Below, one piece after another: positions 27,200-37,200 of a stretch of 64,000 nucleotides of DNA. How positions within the stretch are numbered: position 1 is the stretch's first letter; the number at the start of each line of letters is the position of its first letter. Source of the stretch: Halobacteriaceae archaeon (GTDB lineage Archaea; Halobacteriota; Halobacteria; Halobacteriales; Halobacteriaceae); the NCBI GenBank assembly GCA_042216675.1, contig JBDGTS010000007.1, forward strand, positions 1 through 64,000, written 5' to 3'. Both the position numbers and the translations under genes were made by a program. Under the pieces are notes generated by a model. The model ran no database searches and was not told where the DNA came from. It saw nothing but the letters and a program-made list of their open reading frames with translations.

Positions 27200-28687
27200 A
27201 TGACAGACCGAATCAGGGTCGACCCCGAAGCGGACATCGACGAAATTAGCCCCCACGTCTTCGGGCACTTCGCGGAGCATCTCGGCCGCTGTATCTACGG
27301 CGGCATCTGGGACGGCGACGAGGACGCCGCCATCGAGGAGGGCATCCGCGACGACACGCTCTCGCTCCTGCAGGGCCTCGACATGCCGAACCTCCGCTGG
27401 CCCGGCGGCTGTTTCGCCGACGACTACCACTGGGAGGACGGCGTCGGCCCGCGCGAGGAGCGACCCCGACGCCGCAACGTCCACTGGGTGCAGGGCCGCG
27501 ACGAGGAGTGGGAGGAGTCCAACCAGTTCGGCACCGACGAGTTCCTCCGACTCTGTGAACTGCTCGACACCACCCCGTACCTCGCCGCCAACGTCGGCTC
27601 CGGCGACCCCGGCGAGGCGATGGACTGGGTGGAGTACTGCAACTACGACGGCGACACGGAACTGGTCGACCGCCGCGCCGAGAACGGCCACGAGGAGCCC
27701 TACGACGTGCCCTACTGGGGCGTCGGCAACGAGAACTGGGGCTGTGGCGGCGACTACGAACCCGCGGACTACGCCCGCGAGTTCCGCCGCTACGCCACTT
27801 ACCTCAACGCCTTCGGCGGCAACATGAACCCCGGCGAGAAACTGGACCTCATCGCCTGTGGCCACATCGCCGGCGACTGGAATCAGGAGTTCATGAAGAA
27901 CATGGCCGAGGCGGGCGGCCAGAACGCGATGGACCACCTCTCGGTCCACCGGTACTACAACGCCGGGGACGCGACGGACTTCGACGAGGACGACTACTAC
28001 ACACTGCTCGCTCGGTCACTGGCCCTCGCCGACGACATCGACCAGACGGCGGACACCATCAACACGTACGCGCCCGCCGCCGACATCGGCGTCGTCGTCG
28101 ACGAGTGGGGCGTCTGGCACCCCGAGGCGAAAAACGACAACGGCCTCGAACAGTCCCAGACGGTCCGCGACGCCGTCTCCGCCGCGGGCGTCCTCGACAT
28201 CTTCGCCAACCGCGCCGACGTGGTGTCGATGGCGAACATCGCCCAGACGGTCAACGTCCTCCAGTGTCTCGTCTACACGGACGAGGACGACGCGTGGCCC
28301 ACCCAGACGTATCAGGTGTTCGACCTCTACGAACCGCACATGGGCGCGACGGCCGTCCGCTCCTACGTCGAGACGGACGAGCGTGAGGTCGAGAACGAAC
28401 GCGACGTGCCCCTCGTCTCGGCGTCTGCCTCCCGCACCGACGACGGCGTGTTCGTGACGCTCTCGAACCGTGACCTCGACGACCGCGAGGTGACCATCGA
28501 CATCGGTCTCGACGACCCCACGGTGGCCGAGGCCGAGGTGCTGTTCGACGACGCCGACGCCGACGCGGAGGTCACGAAGGACAACGCCGACGAGTTCGCG
28601 GCCGACAGCCTCGACGTGGACGTCGACGCTGGGGAAGTCGCCTTCGACGCGCCCGGCAGTTCCGTCGTCGCGATTCGCGTGGAGTAG
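27200..28687 (+). CDS. abfA: Alpha-L-arabinofuranosidase (GH51)
   Basis: GHFAEHLGRCIYGG, RWPGGCFAD, GNENWGCGG (acid/base), DEWGVW (nucleophile) and MANIAQTVNVLQ. Confidence 0.95.
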   Translation: MTDRIRVDPEADIDEISPHVFGHFAEHLGRCIYGGIWDGDEDAAIEEGIRDDTLSLLQGLDMPNLRWPGGCFADDYHWEDGVGPREERPRRRNVHWVQGRDEEWEESNQFGTDEFLRLCELLDTTPYLAANVGSGDPGEAMDWVEYCNYDGDTELVDRRAENGHEEPYDVPYWGVGNENWGCGGDYEPADYAREFRRYATYLNAFGGNMNPGEKLDLIACGHIAGDWNQEFMKNMAEAGGQNAMDHLSVHRYYNAGDATDFDEDDYYTLLARSLALADDIDQTADTINTYAPAADIGVVVDEWGVWHPEAKNDNGLEQSQTVRDAVSAAGVLDIFANRADVVSMANIAQTVNVLQCLVYTDEDDAWPTQTYQVFDLYEPHMGATAVRSYVETDEREVENERDVPLVSASASRTDDGVFVTLSNRDLDDREVTIDIGLDDPTVAEAEVLFDDADADAEVTKDNADEFAADSLDVDVDAGEVAFDAPGSSVVAIRVE

Positions 28688-28732
28688 GCGGAACCGATAA
28701 ACCCTTCACCCGTCCCGGGGAATCGCCGCCAC

Positions 28733-29722
28733 ATGAAATTCGGCATCTTCCCCACCGAAGGGGGACGCAACTTCGACGACGCCGTCGAGGAGTGCAAACT
28801 CGCGGAGGACGTCGGTTTCGACTCCGCGTGGGTCAACGACCATCAGGCGACGGAGGGTGAGAACTACTGGCCCGCGCCGCTGGCGCGGCAGGCCGGCATC
28901 GCGACGACGACCGACGAACTCGAACTGGTGACGGCGGTCATGATTCTGCCGCTGTACCACCCGCTCCACGTCGCCCAGCGCGCGGCGCAGTTGGACCTGA
29001 TGTCCGACGGCCGCCTCACGCTCGGCGTCGGGCTGGGCTACGTGCCAAAGGAGTTCGAGGCGTTCGGCGTCCCGATGGACGAGCGTGCGGGCCGACAGAT
29101 CGAGGGCGTGAAGTTCCTCGATAAGTTCTTCCGCGCCGACGGTCCCATCGACTTCGAGTGCCCGTTCTTCGAGGTCGAGGACTGGCAGCCCCTCCCCGAA
29201 CCCGTGCAGGAGCCGCGCCCGCCGCTCTGGATCGGCGGCTGGGGCGACAAACAGCTCCGCCGCTCCGTGCAGTTCAGCGACGCGTGGGTGCCGGGCGTCG
29301 TCGTCGACAACGAGGGCGTCGAGAAGCGCACGCACAAGCTGAAGGGCATGGTCGAGGACATGGACAAGGACTGGGACTCGATGGCCCACCCGCTGATGCG
29401 CGAGGGCGTCATCGCCGAGACCCACGAGGAGGCCGTCGAACTCGGGAAGGAGTACCTGTATCAGTCCTACCTCGACGAGTACGGCGGGGAGTTCGAGCAC
29501 CCCTACATCGAGCAGGAGGACCTCGAAACCTTCGAGAAACTCGCCGAGGACCACTTCCTCGTTGGCACGCCCAACGAGGTCATCGAGCAGATCGAGGACA
29601 TGAAGAGCCGGTTCGCGCTGGACCACCTCGCCGTGCGCTTCCACCACTCCGGCATGCCCGGCGACAAGGTGCGCGAACAGATTGAACTGTTCGGCGACGA
29701 AGTGCTGCCGGCCTTCGAGTGA
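28733..29722 (+). CDS. Luciferase-like (LLM) flavin/F420-dependent oxidoreductase
   Basis: AEDVGFDSAWVNDH, LPLYHPLHVA, GRLTLGVGLGY..EF and PEPVQEPRPPLWIGG. Confidence 0.9.
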   Translation: MKFGIFPTEGGRNFDDAVEECKLAEDVGFDSAWVNDHQATEGENYWPAPLARQAGIATTTDELELVTAVMILPLYHPLHVAQRAAQLDLMSDGRLTLGVGLGYVPKEFEAFGVPMDERAGRQIEGVKFLDKFFRADGPIDFECPFFEVEDWQPLPEPVQEPRPPLWIGGWGDKQLRRSVQFSDAWVPGVVVDNEGVEKRTHKLKGMVEDMDKDWDSMAHPLMREGVIAETHEEAVELGKEYLYQSYLDEYGGEFEHPYIEQEDLETFEKLAEDHFLVGTPNEVIEQIEDMKSRFALDHLAVRFHHSGMPGDKVREQIELFGDEVLPAFE

Positions 29723-29743
29723 CGGCCGACTTCCCGCGCCCGT

Positions 29744-32641
29744 TCAGGGCGCCGGCCCGTACAGTTCGACCTCCAGCAGTTCGAGGTAGGTGCGCCCGCT
29801 CTCGCGGTCCGACTGGTGTGTCTCGCCCGTTATCTCGACGATTTCCTCGAAGGCGTCCTCGGCGAGCGTCGCGCCTTCGAGAGCGACGGTCACGTACTGC
29901 CCGTCCGTCGGGTCGAAGGTGACGTGGTCGTAGGCGAGCGTCTGCCCGACCGTCCCCCGCCAGACTTCCTCGTCGTCGACGGCGACCCGGATGGGATACT
30001 CCGTCGTGCGGTGACCGGCGACCTTCAGTCGGAGTTCGCCGACGGTTCGCTCGCCCCCGAGGTCGAAGCGTATCCACGCTCGCTCGGGGTCGTCCGCGCT
30101 CCGCCAACCGCTGTTCTCGTCGTCGTCGACCGTGTTCGCCGCGCCCTCGGCGTTCGACCCGGCCGTGACTGCCTCGGGAGTCCACGGCAGTCGCGTCTCG
30201 TCGTACGCGATGCCGTCCGGCGTCGGGCCGCGGTCGAGGTTCGACGGGAGTCCGTCGCCGGGTTCGTGGGGCGTCAGACCGCCCGCCAGTTCGATGGGCT
30301 CCGTCTCCAGTTCGACCGTCGCGGGGTCGAGACCGTCGCTCCGCGCCGTCACTGTCACGGTCCCGGGGACGAGCGTGGAGCGCACGAGAGCGCGGTTGAC
30401 GCCGAGTTCGACCGGCAGGTCCGCGTCGAGGACGTGGTTTTCTGGCCCCTCGGCGATGCCGCCGCGCCACTCGGCCGGCCCCTCGACCTCGAATTCCACG
30501 TCGTCGAACGCGAGGGGGTGACGACGGCCCTCGTCGTCGACGACTTCGACTTCGAGGAGTGCCACGTCGTGGCCGTCCGCGCGCCAGCCGTCGGGGCTGG
30601 TCTCCGCGGTCAGTTCGAGCGCCGTCGGCTCACCGACCGTCTCCTCGACGGCCTCACACACCTGCTCGCCAGCCGCGTCGTAGCCGACGGCCCGAAGTTC
30701 GCCGGGTTCGAACGCAACGTCCGCGAACGTGAAGACGAACCGCTCGGAGCGCTCGCCCTCGCCGAGCGACTCGCCGTTGCGGAACAACTCGACGGATTCG
30801 GCGCTTGAGACGACCGTCACGTCCCGAACCGTGTCCGAATCGTAGTTCCAGTGCCCGAGGATGACCGCGTGGTGCGTCTCGGGTTCGACCCAGCCGTCCC
30901 AGATGGCCTCGTGCGCGTGGAACGCCTCCTTGGGGATGCGCATCGGGTCCGTCTCGCCGCTCCGGCGGTAGTTGTCCTCGCCGCGGTAGTGGGTGTTCGT
31001 GTCGCTGAAGATGATGTTCTGGCCGCCCGAACTCACGCGCTGCCCGGTGCCGGGGCGCTCGCGCCAGTACTCCCACCAGCGCACCACGTCCTCGACGGTG
31101 AACGTGTCCTGATTCAGGTTGTAGCGCTCGCCTTCGCCCTCCCCTTCGCCGTCCTCGTGGTACGGCGGAGAGTCCTCGTCCCAGTAGCGACGCGAGGCCT
31201 CGCTCCGGTTGTACTCGGTGGCGAACAGCGGTTTGTCCGCGCTCTTGTTCACGTAGAGCATCTCGCCGCCCCACTCCGCAACGTCGCTGTCGAGCATCTC
31301 GCGACAGCCCATCGCCCGCCCGCCGTGCGGGTCGAAGCGGTCGCGGAGACGGACGAGTTCGGCCATGTGCTCCTCGCTGATGGCCTCGTTGCCGCCCTCG
31401 TAGAAGACGACGCTGGGATTGTTTCGGTTGTAGATGATGGCGTCGCGCATCAGTTCGACGCGCTGGTCCCAGTGACGCCCCTCGCTGTCGCTCTCGGCGT
31501 CGCCGGCGGGCAGGAGTTGGATGAGGCCCATCCGGTCACAGGACTCGACGTCCTGTTTCCACGGCGTGACGTGCATCCAGCGCACGACGTTCGCGTTCCC
31601 CTCGACCATCATGCCGTTCGAGAAGTCGCTGAGCCACGCGGGGACGCTCCGTCCGATGGCGGGCCACTCGTTGGTCGTCCGCTGGGCGTAGCCCTTGAGT
31701 TGGATGGTTCGGTCGTTGAGTTCGACGCGGCCGTTCTCGAAGTTCGTCTTCCGGAAGCCGGTGGTCGTCGTCACCGTGTCCACCACCTCACCGTCGACTG
31801 TGAGGCGCGTCTCTACGTCGTAGAGGTAGCCGTAGCCCCAACTCCAGAACTCGAGGTCGGAGACGTCGGCGTTGGCGTCGAGGGTGACGGTGGCGCCCGG
31901 CGGGACGGTGCGCTCGCCGCCGTCGAACTCGGCCACCGTCTCGCCGTCCGGGTCGCGCATCTCCACCTCGTAGCCCACCGTTCGCTCGGTGTCGTGTTCG
32001 TTGCGGACCTCCGACTCGGCGGTGACCGTCGCCGTGTTCGCGTCGACGTCGATGTCGTCCGCGTACACGTAGACGCCCGTCGTCCCGAGCCACGAGTAGA
32101 GGGGAAGCGTCTGGTAGAGTTTGTCGGTGAGGTGGAGTTTGACGTTCTTCGTCACGCCGCCGTAGTTGGCGTTGAAGTTGCGGTCGGCCCACCGGAACGT
32201 CTCGCCAGTCGCCGCCTCCTCGTAGTCCCAGTCGTTGTCGACGCGCACTGCGAGGACGTTCTCGCCGTCGGGGTCGACCTGTGCGGTGAGGTCGAAGCCG
32301 AAGGCCATCACGCCGTTCTCGTGGCGGCCGAGGAACTCGCCGTTCAGGTACACCTCCGCGGCCTGTCGGACGCCCTCGAACTCCACGAATGCCTTCTTCT
32401 CCGCGGTGCCCTCGGGGAGCGTGAACGTCTTTCGGTACCACGCGACGCCCGTCGAGAGGCCGTAGATGTCCTCGCGGAACGCCTCGTCCTCGTTCCACGC
32501 GTGCGGGACGCTCACCTGCTCCCAGCCGCCGTCGTCGAACGACGGGTCCGCCGCGCCGTCGGGGTCGCCGACGCGGACCCGCCAGTCGGGGTTCATGCTG
32601 TACGTCTCACGGGACCAATCAGGATCGGATTCGGGCGTCAT
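29744..32641 (-). CDS. Glycoside hydrolase family 2 (beta-galactosidase-like, DUF4982-type)
   Basis: WYRKTF, EFEGVRQ, RNNPSVVFYEGGNE and ATEY motifs, with Ig-like and discoidin-like C-terminal domains. Start placed at ATG 32641. Confidence 0.88.
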   Translation of the reverse strand: MTPESDPDWSRETYSMNPDWRVRVGDPDGAADPSFDDGGWEQVSVPHAWNEDEAFREDIYGLSTGVAWYRKTFTLPEGTAEKKAFVEFEGVRQAAEVYLNGEFLGRHENGVMAFGFDLTAQVDPDGENVLAVRVDNDWDYEEAATGETFRWADRNFNANYGGVTKNVKLHLTDKLYQTLPLYSWLGTTGVYVYADDIDVDANTATVTAESEVRNEHDTERTVGYEVEMRDPDGETVAEFDGGERTVPPGATVTLDANADVSDLEFWSWGYGYLYDVETRLTVDGEVVDTVTTTTGFRKTNFENGRVELNDRTIQLKGYAQRTTNEWPAIGRSVPAWLSDFSNGMMVEGNANVVRWMHVTPWKQDVESCDRMGLIQLLPAGDAESDSEGRHWDQRVELMRDAIIYNRNNPSVVFYEGGNEAISEEHMAELVRLRDRFDPHGGRAMGCREMLDSDVAEWGGEMLYVNKSADKPLFATEYNRSEASRRYWDEDSPPYHEDGEGEGEGERYNLNQDTFTVEDVVRWWEYWRERPGTGQRVSSGGQNIIFSDTNTHYRGEDNYRRSGETDPMRIPKEAFHAHEAIWDGWVEPETHHAVILGHWNYDSDTVRDVTVVSSAESVELFRNGESLGEGERSERFVFTFADVAFEPGELRAVGYDAAGEQVCEAVEETVGEPTALELTAETSPDGWRADGHDVALLEVEVVDDEGRRHPLAFDDVEFEVEGPAEWRGGIAEGPENHVLDADLPVELGVNRALVRSTLVPGTVTVTARSDGLDPATVELETEPIELAGGLTPHEPGDGLPSNLDRGPTPDGIAYDETRLPWTPEAVTAGSNAEGAANTVDDDENSGWRSADDPERAWIRFDLGGERTVGELRLKVAGHRTTEYPIRVAVDDEEVWRGTVGQTLAYDHVTFDPTDGQYVTVALEGATLAEDAFEEIVEITGETHQSDRESGRTYLELLEVELYGPAP

Positions 32642-32782
32642 GGGGAATCTCTCGAACTGGTGGGATGCCGACGAGTGGCCACTTATACGTACGGGTCGGC
32701 GAAGGGCCGCGGCGACCCGGTAAACCCGACGCCTCTGCTCCAAGAGACACCTTTTTGGTGTGGTCCCGCATTCCACAGGCGT

Positions 32783-34225
32783 ATGCATCAACTGCAGACG
32801 GAATCCGAGGCCGACGCGGCCGAGGTGTCCGACGTGAAAATCGGCTACGTCGGCGGCGGCAGTCAGGGCTGGGCGCACACACTCATCAACGACCTCGCGC
32901 AGTGCGAGGACATCTCCGGCGAAGTCGCACTGTACGACGTGCACTACGAACCCGCCGAGAAGAACGCGCAACTCGGCAATCAGGTCATGGACCGGGACGA
33001 CGCGCCCGGCGACTGGGACTTCGCGGCCTACCGCGAGATGGACGACGCTCTCGCGGACGCCGACTTCGTCATCTGCTCGATTCAGGACCCGCCCGAGGAG
33101 ACGTTCAAACACGACCTCGACATCCCCAAGGAGTACGGCGTCTTCCAGACGGTCGGCGACACCGTCGGCCCGGGCGGGGCCGTCCGCTCCCTGCGCGCCA
33201 TCCCCCAGTACCGCGAAATCGCGGCCACCATCCGGGAGCAGTGTCCCGACGCGTGGGTCATCAACTACACGAACCCGATGACCGTCTGCACGCGGGCGCT
33301 GTACGAGGAGTACCCCGACATCAACGCCATCGGTCTCTGTCACGAGGTGTTCGGCGCCCAGCGCAAGTTCGCCGAACTCGCCGAGGAGTACGTCGACGAG
33401 GCCGAGGACGTCGACATCGACGAAATCGACGTGAACGTGAAGGGCGTCAACCACTTCACGTGGATCGACGAGGCGTACTGGAACGGCCACGACGTGTTCC
33501 AGTACCTCGACGACAAACTCGAGGAAATCGGCCCGCTCCCCCGCTTCGAACAGGGCGAGTTCGACGACGAGTCCTACTGGACGAACAAGGGCGACGTCTG
33601 CTACGACCTGTACGACCGGTTCGGGATGCTCGGCGCGGCGGGCGACCGGCACCTCGTGGAGTTCGTGCCGTGGTACCTCGACATCGACGAGGAGTCCGAA
33701 ATCCAGCGTTGGGGCACCCGCTGTACGCCCTCCAGCGCTCGCGTCGCCGGTGAGCAGGACGTCTCGGAGGCGTCCCGCACCGAGCAGTATCTCTCCGGCG
33801 AGGAGGAGTTCGAGTTCCGAGAGTCCGGCGAGGAAGCGGTGCCCATCATGCGCGCACTGCTGGGCCTCCAGCCGCTGAAGACGCACCTCAACCACCCCAA
33901 CGTGGGGCAGATTCCGGACCTGCCTGAGGGCGCCGTCGTGGAGACGAACGCGCTCATCACGGGCGACAGCGTTCGGCCCATCACCGCCGGCGAACTCACG
34001 CGCCCGATTCGGAACCTCGTCCTCACGGCCGTCCACAATCAGGAGACGCTCATCGAGGCCGGCTTCGAGGGCGACCTCGACCTCGCCTATCAGGCGTTCC
34101 TCAACGAACCGCTCGTCAACGTCCAACCCGACGAGGCCGAGCAGATGTTCCGCGACCTCGTCGAGGTCGAACGCGACTACCTGCAGGACTACAACCTCGA
34201 CACCGCCGACGTGATGCAGGACTAG
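32783..34225 (+). CDS. GH4 NAD+/Mn2+-dependent glycosidase, probable alpha-galacturonidase (LplD-like)
   Basis: IGYVGGGS, GDTVGPGG, NYTNPM, GLCHEV and GVNHFTW. The CHEV motif marks GH4 alpha-galacturonidases. Confidence 0.9.
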   Translation: MHQLQTESEADAAEVSDVKIGYVGGGSQGWAHTLINDLAQCEDISGEVALYDVHYEPAEKNAQLGNQVMDRDDAPGDWDFAAYREMDDALADADFVICSIQDPPEETFKHDLDIPKEYGVFQTVGDTVGPGGAVRSLRAIPQYREIAATIREQCPDAWVINYTNPMTVCTRALYEEYPDINAIGLCHEVFGAQRKFAELAEEYVDEAEDVDIDEIDVNVKGVNHFTWIDEAYWNGHDVFQYLDDKLEEIGPLPRFEQGEFDDESYWTNKGDVCYDLYDRFGMLGAAGDRHLVEFVPWYLDIDEESEIQRWGTRCTPSSARVAGEQDVSEASRTEQYLSGEEEFEFRESGEEAVPIMRALLGLQPLKTHLNHPNVGQIPDLPEGAVVETNALITGDSVRPITAGELTRPIRNLVLTAVHNQETLIEAGFEGDLDLAYQAFLNEPLVNVQPDEAEQMFRDLVEVERDYLQDYNLDTADVMQD

Positions 34226-37200
34226 TCGGTCCTGAGTTCGACTTCCTTCTCGACGCGCAGTTCGACCGGGCCGCGCAGGCCCGACGCGGTCTGCCCCTCG
34301 TACACGTAGCGGGTCGGTGTCTCCGTCGCGAAGTGGTTGGCGACGGTGTTCGCGACGCGCACGGTCACCTCGTTCTCGCCGGGGTCGACGGCGTCAGTCA
34401 CGTCGACTTCGAACGGCCGCGAGAACACGGTGTCCACCGTCTCGCCGTCGACGGCGACTTCGGCGGTCACCGCCACGTCGCCGAGGTCCAGAACCACCCT
34501 GTCGCCGTCGTCGGTGTCGGGCACCTCGACCGTCCGGCGGTACTCCGCGATGCCCGAGAAGGAGTCGAGGCCGAGTTCCCGCCAGTCGCCCGCGTCGACG
34601 CGGCCCTCCTCGACGGTCAGCGGAACGGGCGTCTCCCACGCCGCCCCGCGGTTGTAGCCGTCGAGCAGTTCCGTACGGACGACGACTGTCGTGGCCGTCG
34701 TCGCGGGCGCGTCGAGTTCGACGCGGCCCGAGGGCGTCGCGTGTTCCACGCCGTCGACCCACGCCCTCGTCGGCCCTCGGGTGGGCAGGAGGAACGACGT
34801 CGTGCCCGGCGGGAGCGCGAACGCGAACCACGCCACGTCGTCGCGCCACGGGCGCGGTTCGAACCGGAGCGCCCCCGTCTCGAAGAACCACCGGACGCGG
34901 GGGACGTGGTCCATGTTCATCACGTGCGCCGTCGGCGGCGCGGGTTCGAGGGCGACGTGTGTCTCGGTGTCCGGTTCGACGACGATGTGTATCGGGACGG
35001 TGCCCTCGGGAACGTCCAGTTCGACCGACCCCGCCTCGTCGGGGACGGCGACGGGTTCGCCATCGACGCGCAAACTTTGGATGCCGGCGCCGTGGTGACA
35101 GGTCACTGTCTGGGCGTCCTCGCTCACCGCCGCCGACCAGAAGTGCGTGACACCATCGCCGGCGGGCGAAACGAGGAAGTCGTCGGAGACGACGCCGTTG
35201 TGGCCGTGGTCGTCGGGGTGGGTCCCCGGCTTGCCCACGTCGAGGGAGAACTCGTAGAGTGCCCATCCTTCGTCGTCCTCGTCCGGCGTCCGCACGTCGG
35301 CGTCCGCGGGCACGTCCGCCCGGCGCCAGAAGTGCGCGCCGTAGTCCACGAGCGCGTTGTCCCACCCCTCGATGGGGCCGGTGTACCACTCCTCTTCGAC
35401 GCCGTCCTCATCGGAGTCCTCCAGTCGATAGGCGAAGGCCCGCACCTCCGGACCGATCTGTGGTTCGGTGTCCGGATACCGGAAGTCCGCGTACGTGTTG
35501 TCCAGGGTCGGCTCCAGCGAGAACGCCCAGTCCTCGCTCACGTCCACGGGGTCCGGTACGTCGACGCTCGCCGTGGCCGTGACCTCGGTGCCGTCCGCGA
35601 CGGCCGTCGCCTCGTACTCGCCGGACTCGGCGGCGAGGCCGCGAACGGTCGTGCCCTGCTCGTCCGTCTCCACGGCCGTCACGCCGCCGAGGTCCGTGTC
35701 GGTGACGCCGACTCCCGGATCCGCGTGGCCGTCGAAGACGACCACTGCGAACTCGTGGGGCGCGAAGTCGAAGGTCAGGTCGGTGTGTGTGCCCTCGGCG
35801 TCGAACTCGTGAATCGGTTCGGCGGTGCCCGATTCGAGGTCCCAGCGCTCCGGGCGGCCGTCCGCGCGGAACGACGCCTCGACGGTGCGGGCCTCGTCGC
35901 GCGTGTTTAGGACGAGGTACACGTCCTGCCGACCGACGCGGCGGTGCGCGTGGAACACGTCGTCGGGCGCTTTCACGTCGCGGTTCACGAAGTCGTCGAG
36001 AACCTCGTCGAGGTCCGCCACGTCGTCCGCGACGACGCCGGCACCGCCGCTCTCGTGGTCGACGACGGGGTCGCCGTCGGCGGGCGGGCGCGCGTCGCCG
36101 AAGATGGCGTCCAGCGAGTTTTCGAGCGCCGGGTCGCCGGCGCCGCCCTCGACAGTCTCGTCTGGCAAGCGGCCCACCGAGACGACGACGCCGCCCTCGG
36201 CGACGAGTTCCGCGGCCGCCTCGACGACCTCGCGTCGGATCGTCGTCGCCGGGCCGAGGACGAACACGGGCGTCTCGCCGCCGCCGACGGCGAGGTCACC
36301 GTCCACGACCCCGCCGTCCACGATGGTCTCGTGGTCCACGAGGAGGAGGTCGCTCACCGACTCGTAGAACGCCTCGGCCACCTCGCGGGTGCGGGCGTCG
36401 ATGGCTTCGCCCTCGTCGGACATCTCGACGGGGTAGCGCGCGCCCGGCCCCTCTTTCTTCTCGTGGGCCGCGGCGCGGCGCTCCGCCTGCATCGTCGTGA
36501 TGGGGTAGTGCATCGCCGCGTCGACGACCCGGTCGCCCTGACTGAACAGGTACATCAGGCGCGTGACGGCGTCGTTGAACGCGTCGGCGTGTTCCCAGTA
36601 GGGCTGACGGAAGTGCGTGTCCGGCGGCGCGTGCTCGTACCAGCCACCGAGGGTCGTGTAGTAGAGGCCGTGCTTGTTGAAGCGATTGAGGCCGTAGCAG
36701 ACGTTCTCGGCGATGCCGGCGTACTGCAGGCGCGGCGGGAAGCCCCACCCGGTCGTGTGGAACAGTTCGCCCCACACCCGGTCGCGGCCGTAGTTCTCGG
36801 CGATGGAGGACGCCACCTTCGCGTCGAAGAACGTCCGGGTGCCGATGCCCTCGAAGCGCCCGCCGTCGTCGTAGCCGGGCTCCTGAAACCACCGCATCGT
36901 CCGCATGTAGTCGCCGTACTCGGAGTGGTGTTCGGTGAGGTCCTCGCGACCCCAGTTGTCGTGTGCGAACTTCAGGCCGCGGCGTTCGTGCCACTCGTAG
37001 AGCGGTTCGAACCAGTTCTCCTCCAGCATCGTCGTCACGACGTCGTGGTAGCGGCTCCGGATGGCCCCGGTGTCGGCGCCACAATCCTCGAAGAGTGCGA
37101 CGAGGTCCTCCGTCGGGTCCTCGCCCCAGTCGGCCTCGTAGCGCGCGAGGAGTCTGTCGTCGCAGGGAATCGTCCCCTGTAGCATGAACAGTTCGTCCTG

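Noticed and set aside
29744-34225. Two giant overlapping ORFs (1460 aa minus, 1124 aa plus) suggesting fusions or bidirectional coding
   Set aside because: Each N-terminal extension is the stop-free antisense shadow of the neighbouring gene. The real starts are 32641 (GH2) and 32783 (GH4), separated by a short divergent promoter region.
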